IMG/VR virus record: IMGVR_UViG_3300045988_130695
Location: 1-43,531 of that record
Strand: one strand, 5' to 3'
Length of the DNA stretch: 43,531 bases
Source of the DNA: a virus
Of this stretch, positions 6,073-14,300 are shown piece by piece. The notes under the pieces are model-generated. The model searched no databases. It worked only from the letters and a program-made list of their open reading frames with translations, and was not told the origin of the DNA. The number at the start of each line of letters is the position of its first letter. The stretch's first letter is position 1. The position numbers and the translations under genes were made by a program.

Positions 6073-7830
6073 TCACCCTATCCAAAATTCAGCACCATTT
6101 GGGAACACCAAGTGTCCTTCTGTATTGTATATGGTTATGTCTTTCGTACCGTCAAATGCTACGCCGTTTATTGTGCGGGCGGTTTCTAGTTTCGTAGCGG
6201 TATTTGCATTACCTAACCACTTCGCAACACCGACATTTGTTATTCGCGCAAATTCAAAGGCATTATGTGAAAGGATTGCTGTTTCACTGTCGTTAGTAGT
6301 TATTGATGTAGACACAGTAGCATTGCCAATTCTGAAATAGTGTCCAGCGTTTTCTGTCGCAATATAGTTTAACGCCCCTGTTGTGCTAGATATAATATTC
6401 GCTTGTACTGTTGCTGATTGGGGTTTGTTGCCTAAAATAATTTGTCCTTGACTGCCTGCTGTTGTGCCACTTGATACAGCAATGTTTGCTCTGAAAGTAT
6501 TTAAAGCTGTAAAAACATTAGCACCTTGCTCTATAGCCTCTTTCGTCTTTAACGGCGTCATTGCTTTAGTATCAACTACACCAGCAATAGCTTCATCTGT
6601 TGTCGCTATACCAGTAATGCCAGCTAAACCTTCTAAGCTGTCAGCAATACCCTGCGCTCTATCTGCCTGTCTTGTAGCTATAGTTGCTGAAGATGCTGCT
6701 GATTCAGCACTGCTTTCTGCACTTGTCTTACTCGCAGAAGCTGAATTTGCTGATGCTGCAGCTAACGTTTTAGATTCTAATGCAGATTCAGCACTACTAG
6801 AAGCCGCACTAGCGGAATCTGAAGCACTTTTTTTACTATTTTCTGCAGCAGTTTCAGCAGCCTTAGCATTTTCTTCACTTTTTGCAGATTTGGTTTCACT
6901 AGCTTTCGCATTATTCTCACTTGTTAATGCTGCATTTTTACTTGCTAATGCTGCATCAGCACTGCTAGAAGCTGATTCTGCCGAAGCCTGGGCTGTTTCC
7001 GCACTGGCAGCAGCAGACGACTGTGATGCAGCCGCAGCATTTTTACTTGCTAATGCTGATTCAGCCGAAGAAACAGCTACACTTTTTGCGTTTTCTGCGG
7101 CAGCCACTTTTTCATCAAGTAACGTTTGAACGTTATTAACAGCATCTTCTGCCGCAGTAGCCGCAGCTTTAACAGCGGTATTTTTAGCAGCAACAGCTTC
7201 GTCCTTTATTTCCGTAGTCTCATTTACTGCAGCATTTTTTATAGCGGTCAGCTCTTCGATTGCAGTATTTTTAATATTTGTTGTTTCGTTAACGGCGCTC
7301 TCTTTGACCTGTTTCGTTTGCTCTAATACATCTTTAGCTAAAGGTAACACTCTCGCAGGGTCCTCCGTCAGCACAAGCCCATCACCAGCATCATTGATTC
7401 TAAAACTCATTCCAGCCTTTACCGGAAAAGTATTATTAAAATTACTTACATCAATACCAGCAGATAATGTTCTATTCAATTTTTCATTTAATTGCTGACA
7501 TATAAAAGTTAGATCGTCAAAAGACAATTCAATATTCTCTGCAAAAAACGGACCTTGATTAACCAGGTTCATTAGCTGATACAATGGCAGCTCACGATAA
7601 ATAGTTATTTTATGACCATCAGGCAGCGGATAGCCATTAGCTGGATAAGTAACTGTTTTAGCTCCAAGATCAACAGAAAAATTCTCCGTTTCTACGGCAA
7701 CGCTATCATCACCTGTAATATATACTTTTATATATTCAGGATGATCCGTCATCTGAAATGTTATTGGGAATTTCGTTGTCGCTCCATTACCAACATAAAT
7801 ATCTTTAACTATCGTATTCTGTACAGTCAT
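6073..7830 (-). CDS. Tail fibre protein (585 aa)
   Basis: Long Ala/Ser-rich helical repeat region typical of phage fibres. The C-terminal NANTATKLETARTINGVAFDGTKDITI matches the phage tail-fibre repeat pattern. Confidence 0.8.
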   Translation of the reverse strand: MTVQNTIVKDIYVGNGATTKFPITFQMTDHPEYIKVYITGDDSVAVETENFSVDLGAKTVTYPANGYPLPDGHKITIYRELPLYQLMNLVNQGPFFAENIELSFDDLTFICQQLNEKLNRTLSAGIDVSNFNNTFPVKAGMSFRINDAGDGLVLTEDPARVLPLAKDVLEQTKQVKESAVNETTNIKNTAIEELTAIKNAAVNETTEIKDEAVAAKNTAVKAAATAAEDAVNNVQTLLDEKVAAAENAKSVAVSSAESALASKNAAAASQSSAAASAETAQASAESASSSADAALASKNAALTSENNAKASETKSAKSEENAKAAETAAENSKKSASDSASAASSSAESALESKTLAAASANSASASKTSAESSAESAASSATIATRQADRAQGIADSLEGLAGITGIATTDEAIAGVVDTKAMTPLKTKEAIEQGANVFTALNTFRANIAVSSGTTAGSQGQIILGNKPQSATVQANIISSTTGALNYIATENAGHYFRIGNATVSTSITTNDSETAILSHNAFEFARITNVGVAKWLGNANTATKLETARTINGVAFDGTKDITIYNTEGHLVFPNGAEFWIG

Positions 7831-7841
7831 ATGCTCACCCC

Positions 7842-8000
7842 CTATATTCTTGCTGAGGCCGGAGCATCTTTAACTACAGTAGCATTTAACATACTGGCTA
7901 TAGTTGATGCTATCTTTAACTTCTCGTCCAAAGATACAGCCTTCTTCTGCTCCTCCAACAGTAAATTTATTTGGTCTTGTATGATAGCCTCTTTATCCAT
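7842..8000 (-). CDS. Small hypothetical protein (52 aa)
   Basis: Not in the track. AGGAGTGA lies 5 nt before ATG 8000. It fills the gap between the Rha/KilAC gene and the fibre gene. Confidence 0.4.
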   Translation of the reverse strand: MDKEAIIQDQINLLLEEQKKAVSLDEKLKIASTIASMLNATVVKDAPASARI

Positions 8001-8004
8001 AATT

Positions 8005-8742
8005 TCACTCCTGTTCTATAACTGGAAGTACGCCTTGGTTCTTCAATAAGTGATAAATAAATAAGCGTCCTTTCTGCGTCCAATAAGTATGAAATCTATT
8101 TTCACCGTCAGCAGTAGGAAAAGTCTTACTTTGGGTATATCCGTCACATTGATATTTTTCATACAGAAACCATATACCGCCTTGTTTATACTGAACACCT
8201 AATTCATGAAGCAGGCTATTCATTTTCTTTGCGCTCATACCATAGTCTTTTGCAATCTGCGTTACCGACATCAGAGTGTTGTTTTGCAGAATCAAATCAT
8301 AATAGCTTGCTTTAGGCTGCATTTCATTTATGATCTGCTTTTGCTGCGTATTTTCAATTTGTAGAGCCTGAGCTTTTTCTGCTATTTCAGCGGCCATTCT
8401 AAGAGCTGCCGGCAAATCTTTTGGAATTACTTCCTGCTCTTTTAACAATTCTTCCATTTTATTGAAAGCAGCAATATATTTTAGCTTCCATTGCAACGCA
8501 TCTTTACCGGTAAACCCCATTGCTAAAAGCGTAAAACCGTCACGGTTCATAAGGTACTCAGGAAATCTTTGCCCGCGATATTCGTGGATACTTTCCTGAT
8601 AAAATTTAGTGGCGGAATTTTCCGCCACTAAAATATTGCGAATATTTCCCAAAACGTCTTTATGTTGTTTACCAAACTTTTCAGCAACCTGCCGACTAGA
8701 AACAACTACCTGCCTATCAATGATTTGCACTAAATTTTCCAT
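8005..8742 (-). CDS. Antirepressor-type protein: Rha-family N-terminal domain plus KilAC/ANT C-terminal domain
   Basis: N-terminus VVSSRQVAEKFGKQHKDVLGNIRNIL (Rha motif). C-terminus SVTQIAKDYGMSAKKMNSLLHELGVQYKQGGIWFL (KilAC-like). Confidence 0.75.
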   Translation of the reverse strand: MENLVQIIDRQVVVSSRQVAEKFGKQHKDVLGNIRNILVAENSATKFYQESIHEYRGQRFPEYLMNRDGFTLLAMGFTGKDALQWKLKYIAAFNKMEELLKEQEVIPKDLPAALRMAAEIAEKAQALQIENTQQKQIINEMQPKASYYDLILQNNTLMSVTQIAKDYGMSAKKMNSLLHELGVQYKQGGIWFLYEKYQCDGYTQSKTFPTADGENRFHTYWTQKGRLFIYHLLKNQGVLPVIEQE

Positions 8743-8760
8743 AAATCGTCTCTCCTTCCA

Positions 8761-8790
8761 AATAAAAAAGCGCCTACCGAAGTAAGCGCT
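8761..8790 (-). terminator. Rho-independent terminator between the repeated motif copies and the Rha/KilAC gene
   Basis: On the - strand: AGCGCTTAC-TTCG-GTAGGCGCT, a 9-bp stem with a TTCG tetraloop, followed by TTTTTTATTT. Confidence 0.7.
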
Positions 8791-8818
8791 TTCTATTAAG
8801 TTCTAACTAACTTTATGA

Positions 8819-8855
8819 TACTATTTTAACTCATTTTTATAGTGGTTTTGTCGGA
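8819..8855 (-). promoter_or_regulatory. Conserved motif copy A: TCCGACA-N16-GAGTTAAAATAGTA with A/T-rich upstream tract (candidate late promoter)
   Basis: One of three copies with identical 16-nt spacing (also 8911..8947 and 31953..31989), all in gene orientation. Confidence 0.5.
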
Positions 8856-8910
8856 TACATTTTTAAATTTTTTTACATCGCCTCTGCTCTCATATCCAAT
8901 AACCTTACAT

Positions 8911-8947
8911 TACTATTTTAACTCTTGTTAAAGGGCATTTTGTCGGA
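8911..8947 (-). promoter_or_regulatory. Conserved motif copy B: TCCGACA-N16-GAGTTAAAATAGTA
   Basis: Same motif and spacing as copies A and C, preceded on the - strand by AAAATTTTAAAAAG. Confidence 0.5.
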
Positions 8948-8989
8948 AACTTTTTAAAATTTTAAATACCCAACAGGAAGGGAGTAGAT

Positions 8990-9880
8990 TTAACCGACAC
9001 CCTCGGCAGGAATTAAACTAAGCTTTGTATTGATTACATCAAGTGCATCACACGATATTTTTATACCTATGTCTTTTATTGTTGTGGCGAAGCATTGCGA
9101 TTTTTCAGGCGTGTTACAGTAGTTATAAAGTTTTAATACTTCATGCAAAGCAATCAGCTTGCCTTCTAAATCCTTTATCTTCTTCTGCAGCTCCATATTC
9201 ATAGGCGCATTAACAAGCATAGGTCTTTGTGGCTCACACGACGATTTTACTGGGAACAATTCAGCAGGTGTAAATTTTCGATTTCTCGCTTCGTATATCT
9301 TTCTAACTCCACTTTCGGTAAGTACTATTAAGGCAGCGATTGTAGACTTGATTTTATTCTCTCTGCGGTACTCGAATAAGTCATGTCCACGCAAAAAGTA
9401 AAAATCTACATTCTCTGTCATAAACCACGGTCTACGAATATAATTTTGAATCGCCGACGCATCAACATTTAAAATCATAGCTACGTCTAACTTAGTTAAC
9501 ACCGGTACGCCTTTCCAATATTTTACCGTAGGCTTATAAGGTTCTTCAATAAGTGTTTGCTGCAAAGGCTTTTTGCTTAGCTGTGCTTCCATTTCGTGAA
9601 AACGGTTGATATAAGATGCGGTAAACGACGATCCTTTGCGACCGGTTTGCTTATGAGCTAAAAACTCACAGCCTTTCTTGGTTATTTGATAGATTTTATA
9701 ACGTCTGCCAGTACCAGCTTTATAAGATGTTTCTTTGAAAAAATCATCAGAACCCAATTTTGGGTTTTGACCTAAATAGCTAATATAAGTATCAATATCT
9801 CTCAATAAATGGTCATGTCTTTTGTTAAGCATTACTGCTACTTCACGGCTGTCTAAAGTTAGTGTTTGCAAATTGTTCAT
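8990..9880 (-). CDS. Rha-family phage regulatory / antirepressor-like protein (296 aa)
   Basis: N-terminus LTLDSREVAVMLNKRHDHLLRDIDTYISYL (Rha motif). The C-terminal domain differs from that of the 8005..8742 paralogue. Confidence 0.7.
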   Translation of the reverse strand: MNNLQTLTLDSREVAVMLNKRHDHLLRDIDTYISYLGQNPKLGSDDFFKETSYKAGTGRRYKIYQITKKGCEFLAHKQTGRKGSSFTASYINRFHEMEAQLSKKPLQQTLIEEPYKPTVKYWKGVPVLTKLDVAMILNVDASAIQNYIRRPWFMTENVDFYFLRGHDLFEYRRENKIKSTIAALIVLTESGVRKIYEARNRKFTPAELFPVKSSCEPQRPMLVNAPMNMELQKKIKDLEGKLIALHEVLKLYNYCNTPEKSQCFATTIKDIGIKISCDALDVINTKLSLIPAEGVG

Positions 9881-9989
9881 TTTTTAACTCCTTTCAATTT
9901 GAAAGAAGTCAGCTTCTATGATACAATATTTCTTAGAAGCTGAAGCTTCTGGTTATAAGACTGGTTTTTGCTTTCGACGGCGGCCAGTC

Positions 9990-10154
9990 TTATTTATTTT
10001 TTAGGCCCTTAATCCCTTTTCGAATTGCCTCTGCGCGTTTTTCTCCAGTTTTTTGGCAATAATTATTTAAAATTTCTATGCTCTCTTGATCTAACCGAAC
10101 AGTAACACGCTCTTCTTTAGGATTATTAGTAGGGCGACCAATTTTTGCAGCCAT
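9990..10154 (-). CDS. Ribbon-helix-helix (CopG/Arc/Mnt-type) DNA-binding protein, 54 aa
   Basis: Not in the track. Product: MAAKIGRPTNNPKEERVTVRLDQESIEILNNYCQKTGEKRAEAIRKGIKGLKNK, with the beta-strand VTVRL followed by two helices. GAGGTGA SD. Confidence 0.65.
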   Translation of the reverse strand: MAAKIGRPTNNPKEERVTVRLDQESIEILNNYCQKTGEKRAEAIRKGIKGLKNK

Positions 10155-10169
10155 TTCTTCACCTCACTT

Positions 10170-10213
10170 TTGTCTGCCATAATCATATTACATTATTGTC
10201 TGCCGAAAGTCAA
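10170..10213 (-). promoter_or_regulatory. Promoter TTGACT-17-TAATAT for the RHH gene, with two direct GGCAGACAA repeats (putative RHH operators)
   Basis: On the - strand: -35 at 10213..10208 and -10 at 10190..10185. The repeats (10204..10196 and 10178..10170) bracket the -10. Confidence 0.5.
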
Positions 10214-10261
10214 GAATAAAAATAAAAGTACCCTAATATTTTTAAAGTACGTCTTATCGAA

Positions 10262-10744
10262 TTAATCATATAACAAACTTTCATCAAATTCTTTATCAAA
10301 AATTTCTAATTTTTTATACATTTTTATTTTATGTTCTTCTATAAACTTTGTCGTCAAGTATTTTTTTCGTTCACCATCATATAAAAAGTAAAAAAAGAAA
10401 AATATCCGTCCTTTTATTCTAATATCTAAGCTCCTATCTATAGCAACTAAATCCCGAAGGATACTATCATATAATTCCTCAACGGATGACATATATATAA
10501 TTGTCATATATTTTTCAAAAGTATACTCTGCATTTTTAGGAAAACGCAATTTTCCTAATTTATTATAAACATTTTCATATATCACAAACATCATTGCTGG
10601 AGTATACGTTGGAGATGTAGCATACATTTTAAAAACTTTATCTGTATAATCTAATAAAGATAAAGTTATTTTATCTTCTATAAACTCTTTTTTCATTTTT
10701 GATGATAAAAATTTTGCATATGAAGTAAATCTATTAAATTCCAT
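10262..10744 (-). CDS. Hypothetical protein (160 aa) in a very AT-rich moron; no family recognised
   Basis: Single long ORF in a segment of roughly 15-28% G+C by eye, versus roughly 40-45% in the neighbouring virion genes. Divergent from the next gene. Confidence 0.6.
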   Translation of the reverse strand: MEFNRFTSYAKFLSSKMKKEFIEDKITLSLLDYTDKVFKMYATSPTYTPAMMFVIYENVYNKLGKLRFPKNAEYTFEKYMTIIYMSSVEELYDSILRDLVAIDRSLDIRIKGRIFFFFYFLYDGERKKYLTTKFIEEHKIKMYKKLEIFDKEFDESLLYD

Positions 10745-10810
10745 ATAAACGACCTCCTAAAAATTGGCTTTTCAGTTTTCAACACGATTATACCATACAA
10801 ATTACAATTA

Positions 10811-10819
10811 TGTTATAAT
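10811..10819 (+). promoter_or_regulatory. Extended -10 element TGTTATAAT for the + strand moron gene
   Basis: TGnTATAAT lies 28 nt upstream of the GTG start. The -35 is poor. Confidence 0.4.
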
Positions 10820-10846
10820 TGTGAAAAAGATGAAAGAAGGGTTATT

Positions 10847-11326
10847 GTGAAAAAAATATTGCTAATGCTATTTATTCTATTCTCTTTTACTAATATCGTT
10901 CTAGCTAATGAATCACTGTATTTTACAAATCAAGACGTTAATACAAGTATAAAAATAGCGTTTAAATCACTCAACTACAATATGGATTCTAAAACGACTT
11001 ATTTTGATAACGAATGGGTCATGCCAATAACATTTTTAGATAATTTACATACAGAGGCATTACTCATGAAAGTAGCTATAAAAAATGCTGAACTTACACC
11101 ATCTACATCTATCAAAGATAAGATATTATGTGAGCATATCCTTCAACAAACTCAAGAATTAGTTTTAGCAAGAGTAAAAGCTAGAATTTTATCTTATTCA
11201 TTAGCCAAATTACCAGCACAATATCCGAACGATGGTTTTACAAATAAAATATTAGAAGATACTGCTAATGATATAGCAAGAATAAAATCAAACCTAGAAA
11301 AAAGTTTAAAAAGTTTGTGCACCTAA
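10847..11326 (+). CDS. Secreted hypothetical protein (159 aa, signal peptide MKKILLMLFILFSFTNIVLA), AT-rich moron on the opposite strand
   Basis: GTG start with GAAGGG SD and a classic signal peptide. Followed directly by a bidirectional terminator. Confidence 0.65.
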   Translation: MKKILLMLFILFSFTNIVLANESLYFTNQDVNTSIKIAFKSLNYNMDSKTTYFDNEWVMPITFLDNLHTEALLMKVAIKNAELTPSTSIKDKILCEHILQQTQELVLARVKARILSYSLAKLPAQYPNDGFTNKILEDTANDIARIKSNLEKSLKSLCT

Positions 11327-11359
11327 AAAAACCCCCTCAAATTTGAGGGGGTTTTTTAT
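11324..11359. terminator. Bidirectional rho-independent terminator
   Basis: Perfect palindrome CCCCCTCAAA/TTTGAGGGGG flanked by an A-run and a T-run. It closes both the moron gene (+) and the 2021-aa gene (-). Confidence 0.8.
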
Positions 11360-11360
11360 T

Positions 11361-14300
11361 TTACCGTTCTTTTTTCGGCCGACGTCTAAAGATGTCGCCA
11401 ACTTCTGGCTCCATACCATTGAACAAGATATCATATCCGTTAAAGAATAATTTGTTTAACTGTGCAGGCACGCCTAATGCTGTTCCAACAAATGTAGCAG
11501 TAGGCTCAACCAATTCGTCATAATCTGCTTTGCCCTGGTAAACCTTTTGTACCTTACCGGCAGCACGTTCCATTTGCTCTATCGTGCCTTGTACTGCAGT
11601 CATTCTATACCCGTAAGTCTGCATGCCTAAAGCCCTGCTCCAGATAGCATTACCAACCTGTCCAACCGGTCCGGCTAAACTCATAGGGTAAGTAAGCATT
11701 TCTTTTGATATCTTTTGATATTCATCCTTATCTTCTTCAAATGGATCTTCGGCCGACAACATCAAGTTTATAAAAGCAAACATTACAAACTTAGCTCCCA
11801 CAAACGAAGTAAGACGCATTATGTCTTTTTCTTTTAAGAAGATATTATACTCTCTGGCCCACTGATTATATTGTGTATTGAAGAAGCCTTGGAAGGTAGT
11901 AAACAGTTTAAGCATAGGTCCGCCACGCAAAAGCGGTGCAACCTCCGTAACTCTGCTGCTGCCAAGTGTACGTCTAATAACCGTATTGGCAAAGTCCACA
12001 GCTTCTGCTTCGCCTGCACCAGCCCTTATTTTTTTGCCATACGCCTGCATCCATACTGGAATAGCAGAAAGATTATCAGTAGCGACCAGCAATCTTGTGC
12101 CAAATTCAACAGCTTTCTTTTCTATAGGATTCAGGCTTTCCATTTCTTTCATATCCCGCAGGGAAATATCAGGAAGCACAGACCTTTCTTTCATCCAAGG
12201 GGATTTGCTGTAAACAAATTCCTTAGCCGATTTATAGCCCTCTGCAAGCTGCATATTCATACTGTAATTACTCACAGCGGCAACGACATCACTATATCCA
12301 AAACCATCTACAGCATTACCATAAAGCAAGGGATTACCCAAGTTCTGAACGGCAGTTTTAAGATTAAGCATAATAGCAGCATTTACAGTACGAGCCCTAA
12401 GCCAGTTAGCAACACTGCCCATCCAGCTTTCACCAACAGAACCGCTGTTAGTACCTTGAGGATTTGCCGCACGTTCAAGATATTCTTTAAAGGCGGAGAA
12501 ATCGGCCAGTCCTAATTTTTCTTTAATCAGAGTATACATTTCCTGATCGTTCATAATTTTGCGGAAATCGCCCATAACCTCACGGAAGCACAGATCATGT
12601 ATCGCATCCATAGCAACATTAAACTCTGCTCCACGTTTTAGATTAACAGGATATTTAGCCTTAACACGTTCTTTTAAATGGCCTCGTCTGGTGCTCATTG
12701 TTCTAATATTGCGGCCTTGTCTGGGGTCAGTATCAGAAATAACTTCTTGCCCAGCGTGTTTAGAACCAGTATCACCGTCACGCATCAGCGGGAAATAACC
12801 GCCACGCATAACAACAGTCTTGCCGTCTGATAACGTCAGCTCTACAGGCGACGCTTCTACTTTCTTAGGACTAAAACCTGTCCAACGAGTTTCAAGAGCT
12901 TCCATTTCAGACCAGTACATCTCTGCAATATCTATCTTAGCCTGTGCATATTTTATATCCGCTTCAGTAAGATTACGCCCTAAGAAGTCAAGCAAATTGA
13001 TTTTAGTCTGTACTATATCGCCATCTACCCACAAAGCAGAACTTTCAAAACCTACCGGTCTAGTGCTGCACAATACTCTGGCACTGCTCTCGTTGCCTAA
13101 ATTCATAAGCATTTTTAATAAAACATGCTTATCTACAGAAGTACCTAGCTCGTCATATTTTTCCTGATAATCGGCCGCCTTTTCTGCAGCTTTATCCGGC
13201 AGCCATTCCCTGTAAGCCTGCGCTGTTTTTTCCTCATATTCTAAAATTTTTCTTGTTTCATTATCGGCCGCTTCTCTAATAGCTGCGCCAAAATGTTTGC
13301 TGAAAAATCCATACTGCCAGTCGTCCATCATTTCAAAAAGATTGTCCGTACTGCGCAAAGATGCTTTTAGCTTCTCCATTACTGTAGGCTGCTGTGCAAC
13401 GCCAACCTGCGGTTTCCAGATAGTTTTCAGCTTATTAAGTGTTTCCTGTGCTTCAGCTTTAAATTCAGCATAGGTAGCACCTTTCTGTAAAGCATTGATA
13501 CTCATTTCCTGTTTAGCGATCGCTTTGATATTTTTAAGCGCATTTACTACATCTTCAAGCTGGCTTGCCGTCATACGTTCACGAGGATTTGTAATGCTAA
13601 CATCCTCATCCATTATCCAATCGGCAACTGCAACATTGTCATAAAGATCATCCATATCATTCAGATAGTCTGATAAAGTTTCTGTCTTTTCAAAATCAGA
13701 ATAATCTTTACGCTTATAACCGAACCTTTCCATAATTGCTGCTGCTTGAATAAAGTTTCTTTCATTACCCCACGTTTCCCTTTTAGCTTTAGCCTGCTTC
13801 CTGAAATAATTCTGCCACTTAGCATACTGATTACGCAGTCTTACGCTTTCAACTACACAAGCATGATTAAACGCCTGGACGTTTTTATATCGGACCGCAG
13901 CAGAATAATCATCATTTTCCAATGCCACAGCAGCTTTAGCCGCAGCGTTTCTTTCGGCAGTAATATACTTTTGGGTATTCAAAGCCTCCTTTAATTTTAC
14001 TCTATTCTGCAGGTCCATTTGCGCCTGGATTTTAGCTGTTTGCCTGCGTGCAACAGCAAGTTTTCTAAGAGTTTCAGCATCACGCTGACCCTTTAACAAG
14101 CCTTGTGCTTTATCCTCAATAAGCTGTGCTTCTGTATTTATCAAAAGACCGCTCTCGTCATTATACATAGCATCACGTGCAGCTTCTTCAGCAAGCCCTC
14201 TCTCTTTGTAAATATCAGGGAAGGCGTCTTGCACCATTTCATCAATATGTCTGTTAACCGCACCATTAAAAGATGGTTCTGACATAATCGTTTTAGCCAG

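Noticed and set aside
6464-7129. 221-aa + strand ORF (Ala/Leu/Ser-rich) opposite the tail-fibre gene
   Set aside because: It is antisense to the Ala/Ser-repeat region of a clearly real fibre gene. GCN/TCN-rich repeats keep the opposite strand open. The product is low-complexity and no SD is present.
5358-7830. Diversity-generating retroelement, considered because the capsid/tail genes recall BPP-1-type podoviruses
   Set aside because: No reverse-transcriptase ORF (no YxDD-type motif) exists anywhere in the window. I saw no template/variable repeat pair near the fibre C-terminus.
11871-12515. 214-aa and other long + strand ORFs (for example 18556..19089 and 12820..13167) inside the giant virion genes
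   Set aside because: They are antisense to uninterrupted 2-6 kb ORFs. They have no SD, and the products are low-complexity or Ile/Phe/Ser-rich. This is expected by chance in long genes of this composition.
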